From positions 1 to 38,987 of IMG/VR virus record IMGVR_UViG_3300030098_004222: a DNA stretch of 38,987 nt; one strand, given 5' to 3'. Both the position numbers and the translations under genes were made by a program. The notes under the pieces were generated by a model. It ran no database searches. It was not told where the DNA came from and was given only the letters and a program-made list of their open reading frames with translations. This stretch comes from a virus. Taxonomy: Duplodnaviria > Caudoviricetes. Positions 9,012 to 20,900 of this stretch are shown in pieces; the stretch's first letter is position 1, and each line of letters begins with the position of its first letter.

Positions 9012-10262
9012 ATGGAAGAAAACAAAAAAGAAGAGGTGGCTCAAGAAGCTAAGACTCAAGAAAATCCTAAAGTAGAAAACGAAACAGGTAAATTAAAAAT
9101 AAAAGCTAAGCCAAAAACAAAAAAGTTTAGCCAAGATGTAAGTGAAATAACAAAAATAGATTTAACTAAAGACCCAAAAGAAGAAGGTATTAATAAAGAA
9201 AATGAAACCAAAAAACAAGCTGAAGAAGATAAAGTTGACGAAGCAAGAGTGGTTGAGGTTGATAATACCGAAGCCGATAGGCCCTCACAAGAACAAAAAG
9301 AAGTACAGTCGGAAAACGAAACACAAGAAACTCCAATAGTAGAAGAAGTAACAGCTGAAGAAAAAGAAGAGGTTGAAGAAATAAAAGAAGAAGTTAAAGA
9401 AGCTGTAAAAGAAGCTGAAACCACTGGAAAAGAAATACCGGAAAACATTCAAAAACTAATGGAGTTTATGGAGCAAACTGGTGGGCAAATAGAAGACTAT
9501 GTTAAATTAAATAAAGATTATTCTAAAATGGATAATCAAACTTTACTAAAAGAATATTATTCTCAAACAAAACCTCATTTAGATTCAGAAGAAATAAACT
9601 TTATGATGGAAGATTATTTTTCTTATGATGAGGAAATAGACGAAGAGAAAGAAATAAAAAGAAAAAAATTAGCTTTGAAAGAGCAAGTTGCTCAAGCAAA
9701 GCAACACTTGGAAAGTGTAAAATCCAAATACTACGAAAAGGTTAATTATAGCCCAAAGTTAACTAAAGAACAACAAAAGGCAATTGATTTTTTCAATAGA
9801 TACGACAAGGAATCAAAAGAGCAGCAAGAGGTGGTTGAAAAACAACATAAAACGTTTTTAAATAAAACTAATAATGTTTTTAATGATAATTTCAAAGGTT
9901 TTGAATATAACGTTGGAGACAAAAGATTTAGATATAATGTTAAAAACGCCGATGATGTTAAAAACACTCAAAGCGACATTAATAATTTTGTCAAAAAGTT
10001 TTTGAACAAAAACAATGAAATGGAAGACGCTAAAGGGTATCATAAGTCGATGTTTACGGCTATGAACGCTGACGCTATTGCTAATCATTTTTACGAACAA
10101 GGTAAAGCTGATGCTTTAAAACAAAGCGTAGCTAAATCTAAAAATATCAACATGGATCCACGACAACAACACAGTGGTGAAGTTAATGTTGGTGGAATAA
10201 AAGTAAAAGTGCTAGGTGATAATTCTAATGATTTTAAGTTTAAAATTAAAAACAATAAATAA
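9012..10262 (+). CDS. Putative capsid scaffolding protein
   Basis: Highly acidic low-complexity N-half and helical C-half (HFYEQGKADA); located between portal and capsid genes. Confidence 0.7.
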   Translation: MEENKKEEVAQEAKTQENPKVENETGKLKIKAKPKTKKFSQDVSEITKIDLTKDPKEEGINKENETKKQAEEDKVDEARVVEVDNTEADRPSQEQKEVQSENETQETPIVEEVTAEEKEEVEEIKEEVKEAVKEAETTGKEIPENIQKLMEFMEQTGGQIEDYVKLNKDYSKMDNQTLLKEYYSQTKPHLDSEEINFMMEDYFSYDEEIDEEKEIKRKKLALKEQVAQAKQHLESVKSKYYEKVNYSPKLTKEQQKAIDFFNRYDKESKEQQEVVEKQHKTFLNKTNNVFNDNFKGFEYNVGDKRFRYNVKNADDVKNTQSDINNFVKKFLNKNNEMEDAKGYHKSMFTAMNADAIANHFYEQGKADALKQSVAKSKNINMDPRQQHSGEVNVGGIKVKVLGDNSNDFKFKIKNNK

Positions 10263-10282
10263 CAATTTAAAATTACAAAATT

Positions 10283-11752
10283 ATGGCAATAACTGCAGGA
10301 GGTAGTTTAAATAGTGTTGCGATCCCACAAAAACAAGCAACAACTTCAAACTATCTAGATTTAGCGGGAACAGCAGATCAAGGCTGGGCCCAACAATACT
10401 TACCAGATCTTATGGAGAAAGAAGCTGAAGTGTTCGGTAGTAGAACAATTTCAGGATTTCTTTCACAAGTAGGAGCTGAAGAGGCTATGCAAGGGGATCA
10501 AGTAGTATGGTCTGAGCAAGGTAGATTACATTTATCTTATAACGCTCAAATTAAAGACAACAACGCTGGTATTACTGGTGGTGGTGTTAAAATTGAAATA
10601 TTAACTGATATTGATGGTGCTGATCCAGGAAGTGACCACGGTGTAAGAGTTAACGATACTGTTATCGTTGCTAGTTCTACTGAGGTTATCAAAGGATTAG
10701 TTACTGAGGTTTCAACTGTGTTTATTGAGGTAGAGCCTTATGGTGCTGCTACTTCTGCATCTACAGATGATGATCTTTGTACTGTATTAGTTTATGGTTC
10801 TGAATACGCAAAAGGTAAGCAGTACATCGCTGCTGACGGTTCTACAGCTACTGATTCAAGAGGTGCTAACGAGCCTGTTTTCAAATCTTTTTCTAACAAA
10901 CCAATCATCTTAAAAGATTACTACGAAGTAACTGGTTCTGATACAGCTAGAATCGGTTGGGTAGAAGTATCTGCTGAAGATGGACAAAGTGGTTATATGT
11001 GGTATTTAAAAGCTGCATCTGATACTAGATCAAGATTTGCTGATTATTTAGAAATGTCAATGCTAGAAGGCGAATTAACTGCTTCTGATGATGCTGCGGA
11101 CTTCTTAAGTGCTAATGATGCTTATCATGGTACTCAAGGTTTATTCGCTGCTATCACAGCAAGAGGTAATAAAACTTCTGGTGTAACTGGCGTAAACGCT
11201 GCTACTGATTTAGCTGAATTTGATGCTATTTTAGCTGAGTTTGATAATCAAGGTGCTATTGAAGAAAACATGATGTTTGTTAACAGATCAACTAGCTTAG
11301 CTATTGATGATATGTTAGCTTCAATGAATTCTTATGGAGCTGGTGGTACTTCTTATGGAGTATTTAACAACTCTGAAGATATGGCGCTTAATTTAGGTTT
11401 CTCTGGTTTCAGAAGAGGTTCTTATGACTTCTACAAATCTGACTTCAGATACTTAAATGACAAAGCTACAAGAGGAAGTATCAACTCTATAGCAGGTGCT
11501 AACGCTATAAGAGGCGTTATAGTACCAGCTGGTACTTCTACTGTTTATGACCAACAGTTAGGTAGAAACATGAGACGTCCTTTCTTACACGTAAGATACA
11601 GAGCTTCTGAAACTGACAATAGACGAATGAAGTCTTGGGTTACAGGTTCTGTAGGTGCTGCTACATCTGCTTTAGATGCAATGCAAATCCACATGTTATC
11701 AGAAAGATGTTTAGTTACTCAAGGTGCTAACAACTTTATGTTGATGGTTTAG
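10283..11752 (+). CDS. Major capsid protein
   Basis: 489 aa after the scaffold; high-expression codon bias (GCT/GGT/TCT, more TTC/AAC/TAC); followed by a strong terminator; WSEQGRLH, LGFSGFRRGSYDFYK and LSERCL resemble crAss-like/flavophage capsids. Confidence 0.85.
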   Translation: MAITAGGSLNSVAIPQKQATTSNYLDLAGTADQGWAQQYLPDLMEKEAEVFGSRTISGFLSQVGAEEAMQGDQVVWSEQGRLHLSYNAQIKDNNAGITGGGVKIEILTDIDGADPGSDHGVRVNDTVIVASSTEVIKGLVTEVSTVFIEVEPYGAATSASTDDDLCTVLVYGSEYAKGKQYIAADGSTATDSRGANEPVFKSFSNKPIILKDYYEVTGSDTARIGWVEVSAEDGQSGYMWYLKAASDTRSRFADYLEMSMLEGELTASDDAADFLSANDAYHGTQGLFAAITARGNKTSGVTGVNAATDLAEFDAILAEFDNQGAIEENMMFVNRSTSLAIDDMLASMNSYGAGGTSYGVFNNSEDMALNLGFSGFRRGSYDFYKSDFRYLNDKATRGSINSIAGANAIRGVIVPAGTSTVYDQQLGRNMRRPFLHVRYRASETDNRRMKSWVTGSVGAATSALDAMQIHMLSERCLVTQGANNFMLMV

Positions 11753-11763
11753 TACTTTAACTT

Positions 11764-11801
11764 AAAAGAGTCGAGGCTTCGGCCTCGGTTCTTTTATTTT
11801 T
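11764..11801 (+). terminator. Rho-independent terminator after the major capsid gene
   Basis: aaaagagtcgaggc-TTCG-gcctcggttctttt stem with a cUUCGg tetraloop, followed by a U-rich tract (ttttattttt). Confidence 0.88.
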
Positions 11802-11825
11802 ATTAATTTTATTATATATTATATT

Positions 11826-12689
11826 ATGGCAAAAAAAGAAACAAAAACAAAAGTAGAAGAAACTACACAAGTAGCTTCTGAGGTTATTGAGACAGTTGTT
11901 GATACAACTACAGTTGAAAAGCCTAAAACAAAAAGAACTGAACCTAAGTTTAAAAAACTAAATGATGGTTGGGAGATTAAAGATAGAATGTACAATTTAA
12001 AAGGTAAAGATAAACCATTATCTTTTCTTATAAAAGGTACTGATATTTTTTGGTTTGACGAAGAAAAAGGTTACGAAAGAGAATTAAAGTATTGTGAAAA
12101 CCAAAGAACTTGTTTTGTTGATGAAATGAAAGGAGAGCAAAGATTATCACATATTATATTTAGAAGTGGTAGTTTATTTGTACCTAAGAACAAAACAACT
12201 TTACAAAAATTACTTTCTTTATACCATCCTCATAAAGGTGTTTTATACGAAGAGTGGCAACCTGCTAAAAACGCAGCTGAAGAAATTGACATGTTAGAAC
12301 TTGAGGTTGAAGCTTTAGTCGCTGCTAAAAATATTGATATTGATTTAGCAGAAGCTATAATGCGTGTAGAAATTGGTTCTAGTGTATCTAAGATGACATC
12401 TAAGGAACTTAGAAGGGATTTATTAGTGTTTGCTAAAAGAAAACCTAATTTGTTCTTAGAACTAGCCGCTGATGAAAACGTTCAGCTTAGAAACTTTGGT
12501 ATAAAAGCCGTTGAACTAGGAATTATTAAACTTTCTAACGATCAAAGAAACTTTGTATGGGGATCTAACAAAAGAAAGTTAATGACCGTTCCTTTTGACG
12601 AACATCCATATACAGCTTTAGCACATTGGTTTAAAACTGATGAAGGTATGGAGGTGTATCAAAATATAGAAAAAAGATTAAAAGATTAA
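11826..12689 (+). CDS. Conserved-type phage protein after the capsid gene (possible head assembly protein)
   Basis: 287-aa ORF with a disordered E/K/T-rich N-terminus; function inferred from position only. Confidence 0.6.
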   Translation: MAKKETKTKVEETTQVASEVIETVVDTTTVEKPKTKRTEPKFKKLNDGWEIKDRMYNLKGKDKPLSFLIKGTDIFWFDEEKGYERELKYCENQRTCFVDEMKGEQRLSHIIFRSGSLFVPKNKTTLQKLLSLYHPHKGVLYEEWQPAKNAAEEIDMLELEVEALVAAKNIDIDLAEAIMRVEIGSSVSKMTSKELRRDLLVFAKRKPNLFLELAADENVQLRNFGIKAVELGIIKLSNDQRNFVWGSNKRKLMTVPFDEHPYTALAHWFKTDEGMEVYQNIEKRLKD

Positions 12690-12695
12690 TCAAAC

Positions 12696-12734
12696 TGTAG
12701 TGGTATTCGCCCTACGGGGCGATTACTAACTACA
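12696..12734 (+). promoter_or_regulatory. Long intergenic RNA hairpin with cUACGg tetraloop and no U-tract
   Basis: tgtagtggtattcgccc-TACG-gggcgattactaactaca: about 16 bp with one mismatch and one bulge, followed by A-rich rather than U-rich sequence. Confidence 0.65.
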
Positions 12735-12748
12735 ATTAAAAACAAATT

Positions 12749-13453
12749 ATGGTAAACGTAAACACTGTATATCAAAGAGTTTTAGCATTGGCTAACAAAG
12801 AGCAAAGAGGCTATATAACACCTCAAGAGTTTAATCTGTATGCTAACCAAGCTCAAATGGATATATTTGAACAATATTTTTATGATATAAATCAATTTGG
12901 TAGGATTAAGGGTAACGAAAAAATGTATTCTGATCCTATTGATATTTTAGAAGAAAAAATTGGAGCGTATCTTATAAGTAAAACTTTAGATAACACTAGC
13001 GGATCAGGAGCTAAAAACGTTTTTGACATACCAGATGACTCATATCGCTTATCTAGACTTAACCTACCAACAACTAGGCTAAAAATAGAACAACTGAGTT
13101 ACCCAAAATTTATGGAGTCTAGAATTTCACCTTTAACTGCTCCAAGCTTATCTAGGCCTATATGCTTTGTTAGAGAAGGTACTATAGTTGTTAATCCAAA
13201 CACAATTCATAAAATATCCATAAACTATATAAGAAAACCAAATCCAGTTAAATGGACTTACACTATAATAAATGGTAAAGCTATTTTTAATGATTCATTA
13301 GTTGGTTTTGAAAACTTTGATCTTGATCCATCAGAAGAATCTAAAGTAGTAATGAAAGTGTTAGCTTTAGCTGGTATAACTTTAAAAGATACAAATTTAT
13401 ATCAAATAGGTGAATCTAAAGATATTAAAAAAATACAACAAGAAAAACAATAA
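12749..13453 (+). CDS. Tail ring / head-tail adaptor protein (P22 gp4-like or crAss ring-like)
   Basis: N-terminal helical ANKEQRGYITPQEFNLYANQAQ, central beta region with YIRKP, C-terminal helix; position after head genes. Confidence 0.65.
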   Translation: MVNVNTVYQRVLALANKEQRGYITPQEFNLYANQAQMDIFEQYFYDINQFGRIKGNEKMYSDPIDILEEKIGAYLISKTLDNTSGSGAKNVFDIPDDSYRLSRLNLPTTRLKIEQLSYPKFMESRISPLTAPSLSRPICFVREGTIVVNPNTIHKISINYIRKPNPVKWTYTIINGKAIFNDSLVGFENFDLDPSEESKVVMKVLALAGITLKDTNLYQIGESKDIKKIQQEKQ

Positions 13454-13456
13454 AAT

Positions 13457-14974
13457 ATGGGGTTATTAGATAATACGACACAAAGAGATTATTACCAAGG
13501 TTCTGATCATGGTAGCTATCAGTTTGTGTCTTTAGAAGATATTATAAATCAATTTATATTTGCTTACGTTGGAAGTGAAAAAATTATTAATAAAATAGAT
13601 AGAGTTGATGTGGCTTTTTTCGCACAAAGAGCTTTAGCTGAATTAAGTTTTGATACTTTTAAATCAGTTAAATCCCAGGAAATAACACTACCATCTAATC
13701 TAACCATGATATTACCTCACGATTATGTAAACTACACTAAATTATCTTGGAGCGACTCTTCAGGTGTAAAACACCCTTTATACCCAACTAATGATACATC
13801 TAATCCGTTTTCAATAAATCAAAATAGTGATAATTCTTATGATTTTACAATGCCGAGTTCAATAATTGTAACAAACGGAGATTTTGCAAGCGGTACGACT
13901 ATTGGTACTAGTGGTACAGATTGGTTAAGAACAACTATAGCCACAACGCCAACAGGTGAAGATATAAGTGTTTCATCTGGAGCTTTAGAATTTACTCAAG
14001 GCGGTACAGCTTTAAACGGAGTTATAACTAGTAGAGCTTATGCCGTGTGGCAAAAAATAATAGTAACAGGTGTAGATTTAATAGACATTTCCGCTACTGG
14101 TACGTCAGCTGCTTCTGGAACTAATAAAGGTTCTGGTACCGTGAGAGTTGGTATAAGTACTTTTCCAGCAGAAACAGATCCTACTATTTTTGGCTCTTTG
14201 GTTAATACTACAAATCCTAATAAGCCCAATAACCCTTCAATAAATCACACTGACACTCCATTTAATTTTTTAACAACAGGTAATCAAGCTAGTCTTGTAA
14301 CTTTTAACGATGGCTTAGGTACTTCATCTACTAAAACACTAAGCAATATAGATGTTTCTAGCGCGCCTGTAGACGCTAACGGAGATAACTATGTTTATGT
14401 TTTAATAACTAGCTTTATTGAAAACATTACAGCTACAGGAACGACTAGTAAAAACATTGTTGATGATATAACTATAACTTATGATGGCGTTGTAGAAAGT
14501 TTACAACAAACGTCAGACTCAACAACTTGGACAAATTATAAATCACAAAAACCATCTGAAAACAGTAATAATGATGATTACGAAGACGATGTTTATTGGC
14601 CTAATAGAGGTGAAAGGTATGGATTAGAACCTGGTCACGCTCAGGTTAATGGATCTTTTTACATTGATGAACTTAGAGGTAAAATAAACTTTAGTTCTAA
14701 CGTAAGTGGTAAAACAGTGATATTAGATTACATAAGCGATAGTTTAGGCACTGATGGAGAAATGCAGGTTCATAAATTTGCTGAAGACGCTATGTATAAG
14801 TTTATAACGCATAGTATTTTATCTACTAGAGCCAACATACCAGAGTATTTGGTTCGTAGATATCAAAAAGAAAAGTTTGCTGCTGTTAGAAAAGCTAAAT
14901 TAAGACTATCAAACATAAAACTAGAAGAAATAACACAAGTACTTAGAGGTAGATCTAAGTGGATAAAACATTAA
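13457..14974 (+). CDS. Second ring / tail tubular protein with an inserted jelly-roll domain
   Basis: N-part (QRALAELSFD, LPHDYVNY) and C-part (LDYISD, VHKFAEDAMY, RKAKLRLSN) flank a roughly 210-aa T/S/G-rich beta insertion beginning IVTNGDF. Confidence 0.65.
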   Translation: MGLLDNTTQRDYYQGSDHGSYQFVSLEDIINQFIFAYVGSEKIINKIDRVDVAFFAQRALAELSFDTFKSVKSQEITLPSNLTMILPHDYVNYTKLSWSDSSGVKHPLYPTNDTSNPFSINQNSDNSYDFTMPSSIIVTNGDFASGTTIGTSGTDWLRTTIATTPTGEDISVSSGALEFTQGGTALNGVITSRAYAVWQKIIVTGVDLIDISATGTSAASGTNKGSGTVRVGISTFPAETDPTIFGSLVNTTNPNKPNNPSINHTDTPFNFLTTGNQASLVTFNDGLGTSSTKTLSNIDVSSAPVDANGDNYVYVLITSFIENITATGTTSKNIVDDITITYDGVVESLQQTSDSTTWTNYKSQKPSENSNNDDYEDDVYWPNRGERYGLEPGHAQVNGSFYIDELRGKINFSSNVSGKTVILDYISDSLGTDGEMQVHKFAEDAMYKFITHSILSTRANIPEYLVRRYQKEKFAAVRKAKLRLSNIKLEEITQVLRGRSKWIKH

Positions 14975-14977
14975 TAT

Positions 14978-17900
14978 ATGCCGGAAATTAAAAATAGTTT
15001 CATTAAAGGTCGTATGAATAAGGATCTTGATGAGAGACTAATACCTAATGGAGAATATAGAGATGCTATGAACGTTCAGATCACAACATCTGATGGTTCT
15101 GATATTGGTACCGTGCAAAACATACTAGGTAACACCGCTGTCGCGGATCAAGATGATATTTTTTATGGATCAGCTGGAGCTAGAGTTGAGGCTCATTGCG
15201 TTGGATCAATAGCTAATGAAAAAACTAACAAACTTTATTATTTTATTTCAAATCCAGAGCAAATACTAGAAAATCCAAATTTAAACGAGCTTGATAGCAC
15301 AGGGGCGGCTATAACTGATTGGGACGTTGCTAGTGGTATATCAGCGCTTATAAGTGGAGGTTTAGTACAAGGCATTCAGTTTAATGGTACAGAGGCACAA
15401 TTTTCTAAATTAAATCAAGATATAACAACAGCAATGGCTAATGCTGTTAAAGGACAAAGGTATAGAATTAAATTTAGAGTTGAAGACTACGTGCAAGGAG
15501 AGTTAACAGGTAGACTTTCAAGTTCATCACATAGCGTTGTTTTTCCAAGAGACGTAGATGTTTCGCTTGGCATTAATGGTAAAATAGACGGTGATGGTCT
15601 TTACGAATATGAAGTTGTTTTAGGTGATTCTACTCCAGCTACTGGGCATGAAAATAGATTTTACTTTCAAAATCAAGACGATACAACTCCTTTTCAAGGC
15701 TTAATAAAAGAAGTATCTGTTTACACTTTTGCCTCTAATATTATAGAATACGATTTAGCAAGCGATTCTTTAAGTTCAGTCGTTGCCGATACTAAAGGTA
15801 CTGTTTTAAAGTTTCATCCAGAAAACATCATAACTGGTATAAATATAATTGACAACTTATTACTTTGGACAGATAGTCGTAACGAACCTAAAAAAATAAA
15901 TATTGATAGGTGTAAAGCGGGAGCTGATGAGTCGGAACCTTATAAAGTTGACACAAAATTAGTTGTAGAAAACGCTATAGTTCAAGAAGACGATGGAACT
16001 GGAACACTTGTCGATGTTAGTTTAAAAGAAGAACACGTTACCGTTGTTAAAAAGAAACCTTTAAAATCACCATCTTTTAAAATAAACACTAGTATTACAC
16101 CTGACGCGCCGTTACTTTTTGAAAAAATATTTCCAAGGTTTTCTTATAGATATAAATACGAAGACGGTGAATATTCAGCTTTCGCGCCGTTCACAGATGT
16201 AGTGTTTAATCCTGAATACACAAGCAATCCAAACGATCCTGGAACAACTTACAATATATTTAACGCTTACTCAACAAAAGACCCGTTTAACACAGCTATG
16301 TTAAACTATATAGAATCTATTGAGTTATTAGATTTTGTTTCTCCAGATATTCCTAAAGATGTAGTTCAAATAGATTTATTATATAAAAAAGAAAACTCTA
16401 CAGTCGTTTACTCTATCGCTAGTATAAAACCAACAGACGCAGCATGGACGACCTCAGGATCTAATTTAAATTCTAAATATACTGGTAAATACTTAGTAGA
16501 ATCACAAAATATATACGCGGCGCTACCAGAAGATCAACTGTTAAGGCCCTGGGATAATGTACCAAAAAAAGCTTTAGCGCAGGAAATAACTGGCAATAGA
16601 GTTGTTTATGGTAACTATACACAAGGTTATAATTTAACAAACGCTTCGGGTATTAAAATAACACCAGAGATATCTGCTAGTTTTCAACTTAGAGACGTGG
16701 TGTCTGATTTTACTAAAGGTGGACTACCCTCTATTAAGTCTCAAAGAAATTATCAGTTAGGTTTTGTTTTTGGTGACAAATACTGTAGAGAAACACCCGT
16801 GTTTACATCTTCAACCGGAGCTGTTAAAATACCATGGGAAGATTTTACTCAAAATATTGGTTTGTGTGCTAGTAAATCATTACTTTTATCAGCAGCTTTA
16901 GACATGGAGTTTCCTGATTGGGCTCATTATTATAAATTTTACGTAAAAGAAACGTCTGGAGAGTATTATAATTTAGTAATGGATAGAGCTTATTTACCTA
17001 GAAAAAACAACGAGTTTGAAAATGATGATGACCACTTGTGGCTTGCTTTTCCTTCTTCTGATAGAAATAAAGTAGGCGAAGACGACTATATTATATTAAA
17101 AAAATTAATTGACTCTACCTCTTCTAGTCAAGTTGGTTTAAACAATAAATATAAAATACTTGATATAAAAAACGAAACTCCTGAAGATATAAAATTTAAC
17201 TACACAGTATTAGGTACTTTAAGCAATGACAATACCGACAAGCTATCTGGTGCTTTTTCTTCAACTAGTGGAAGTATAACTAACAGCATGGTGAATGCTA
17301 ATGTTGATTTTTTAAAAATAGATAAAACAACATATGAAAGCGTTGATGGCAATATGCCTTTGGTTGAAGGTAGTATTTATGACTCTGATAGAGAACGTAT
17401 TTATGTTTCTTGGAGAGAGGCTAATGCGAACAATCAAGGTCAAGCTTCAAAAAGATATAGAGTAACAAGTATAGTTGGCGGTAGTGGTAGCGCTGATGAT
17501 TACGAAATAAAACTATCAGAAACCATATCAGAACAAGATAAATTGCTAGCTGAATCAAACAAAGCTAACGCCAGTCATAACTTTAATCAAAATTTACTAT
17601 TACAGTTTGATAGAAAAGAAGAAAAAGATTTTGAAGAGTTTTCAGGTAAGTTTTTTGTAAGAATTAGTTCAACTCCTTTAATAAATGAAACTATTATTGG
17701 TGGTGTTAATATAAGTTTTAATTACTTTGTAACTAATCAACAAGCCACTTTTTGGAACCAAGACTTGGGTATGTTAAACTCAATTGGAACAACAACCGAG
17801 CCAGACGCGGAAGTTAGTGATTTAACCACTAGTTCTGGAACTATAACAAATACAGAAGCTGAGTGGGCTGGGTTAGTTGCCTCTCAAGGTAATAACTTTT

Positions 17901-20900
17901 TTATAGACCAAATGCACATGGTTGCAGCCCAAATAAAAACAGGAGGCTCTAATTTCTCTCAAGTTCGTTGGTCTGGTCAAACTTGGGTTGGATCACCTGT
18001 TGAATACAGTGGTGCTGCTTTTTGGATGGGAGCAGCAATACAATCAAATAATCATTTACACGCGTCTTCAAGTCCACCTAATTTCACTTATATTGATAAT
18101 ATTAATGGCTCTGGTTGGAACATTGGTTATTTAGATAACTCTGGTGATTGGGGCACCATAGACCCTACTACGGAAATAAATGGTTTGGAAGGTATTGTAA
18201 CAACAAGCACGCAACACGTTCATGGTAATGCTAACACCATGATAGCTTCTAACGCGGGAAGTGGTTTTACTAACGGTTATAGACAGTGGTTAAGCTTTAT
18301 AGATCAACCATTTGGCAATGCTTATGTGTTCGATACTTACAAAGGTGGAGCTTATAATACAGTTGAAACTGGCAAGCACTTTATACATCTTTCTTTTTTA
18401 GGTCCGGGTGAAGATTTACACGATGGTAATTGGACTAATTTTGTTGATGCTGAAGCTTGTGTTGGTGATTTTATTGCTCCTGGAGATAACAAAGGTTTTG
18501 CTAATTTTTTACAAGGAATATGGGGTGGAGGTATTTTTTCAGAAAAAGATGGCGCGGCTTTTGGTACAAATAACGATTGGACAATTGTAGAGATGGAAGG
18601 TAGTTATGTCACGCCTGGTAGTTCTTTAGATATAACCTCTAACAATTATTGGATTCAAACGTCAAATTCACCTGGCGTGTCGGCACCTAATTTACCAAAT
18701 GACCCTACTTATTCTGATTTTGTAGATTCTGGTATTGGTTTATATTATCCATCTTGGATAGATTGGAGTGCGCAAGCTGGCGCGGCGGGTTTTAGTAGTC
18801 AAGGTTACGATACTAATTACGTAGATAAACACGAAAAGCAGTGGTATCCTTGGTGGGCTGGCGGTACTTATAATGAAGATGTTAAAAAGTTTGTAGATAA
18901 AATAACCGTTGGTAGTAAATTTAAATTTTCAGATGACTCTAGTGCGACTATATATACTATAAAAAGCGTAGATGTAAAATACCTATACAACCACACGCCT
19001 TGGAGAAGAAGGTATATTCATGATGCTACTTCTTCGCCTACTACCGTTAAAGCTGGTGATAGTGTTGAGGAAGCAGCAATAAACTGGGGTAACACAGTGG
19101 ATGGTACTGGTATTGGCGGTGATAATGCTTTATTACAAACTTTTAAAAACAAAATAGTTGATTTTGGTAAAGCGAACAACAGAAGAACATGTTATATTAT
19201 TGAAGTTGATTTAGATCCAACGGCTCAAAGTTACAACCCAATAGATGGAGGCGCTGATAATATAGATGTAGACACATCTACAAATATACAGTTTGTTTCT
19301 GATGATTTAACCGTGTTAACAAACCAATTAATAAAGCAACCAGCTATATGGGAAACTGAAGCTAAAGAAGATATAGACTTGGATATTTACTATGAAACAA
19401 ACCAGGCTTACCCAACAAGAATCACAGAAGAAACAATGGAGCTTTTTGCTCCAACTGGTAGCAGAGTTGAAATTTTAAATTTTTCAGACGCAACTTTCAA
19501 CAACCTTGGGTCTCGTTTTATTTCTGAATGGAAAAAAACTGATGATGGTATTATTTTTGTTGTAGACTCAGCGTTTAATGATATTGACAATAATGGTGAC
19601 ACATTAAATTATCAAGATGTTCGTGTTAAGTTTATTAGAGATAATGGTAGTTACACTACTGGTAAAATACAGTCTTTAATAGCTGGCACCGCTGTTATTA
19701 CCGCAGGAACAGAGTTTGTAATAGACACAACAATTGATGGCCCAATAAATGAAGTTGGTTTAAGTTGGCATAATTGCTTTTCATTTGGTAATGGTATAGA
19801 ATCTAATAGAATTAGAGATGATTTTAACACTATGAAAATAACAAACGGAGCAAGAGTTTCTGCTACTTTAGAAGAGCCTTATCAAGAAGAACAAAGAAAA
19901 CATGGTTTAATATATTCTGGTTTATACAACTCTACAAGTGGTATTAATAATTTAAATCAGTTTATACAAGCAGAAAAAATTACAAAAGACTTAAATCCCA
20001 CATACGGAAGTATACAAAAGTTATTTCAAAGAAGAATAAGTTTAGTTGCTTTTTGCGAAGACAGAGTTATTGGTATCACTTCAAATAAAGACGCTTTGTT
20101 TAACGCTGATGGTAGCCCTCAATTAATATCGTCTAGTGCGGTTTTAGGAGACGCAACTCCTTTTGTTGGTGATTACGGTATATCGCAAAATCCAGAAAGT
20201 TTTTCTTCAGAAAGTTATAGAGCTTATTTTACAGATAAACAAAGAGGCGCTGTACTTAGGTTATCAATGGATGGATTAACGCCTATATCTGATGCCGGTA
20301 TGCACGATTATTTTAGAGACAAACTAAAAGAAGCTAAATACGTAATAGGTACTTACGATGGTTATAAAAAAGATTACAACTTAACATTAAAATACAATAT
20401 ACCAACTACATATTTAGGCGAAATAAATTCAACTAAAAACGCAACCGTAACTTATAGTGAAGATGTTAAAGGTTGGACTAGTTTTAAATCATTTATGCCA
20501 GAGTCTGGATTAACACTTTCATCCAACTATTATACCTTTAAATTAGGTAAAATTTTTAAACATCATTCTGAGTTTGATGGAAGCACAACTGTAGATAGAA
20601 ATGAGTTTTACCCTGACACTATATTTAATCAACATAGTAGCCTTGAGTCTCATATTACACCTGTGTTTAACGCCGAGCCTTCTTTAGTAAAAATATTTAA
20701 CACCTTGGGTTATGAAGGTAGTCAATCTAAAATACAAGCTTTTAACTCTATAGGTGGTGTTAATGACGCTGCGCTTTATAATCAAAATGGTGTAAACGGT
20801 TGGTACATAGAATACATAAAAACAGACAAACAACAAGGAACTATACATGAGTTTATAGAAAAAGAAGGTAAGTGGTTTAATTATATTAAAGGAACGTCTA

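Noticed and set aside
9056-10100. Minus-strand ORFs here and elsewhere (260, 1289, 2775, 3527, 4040, 5806, 6370, 14038, 19408, 20684, 22547, 23438, 24614, 24875, 25712, 26524, 31243, 33286, 35824, 36053)
   Set aside because: All are antisense shadows of well-supported + strand genes, with the F/S/L-rich composition expected from the reverse of K/E-rich codons.
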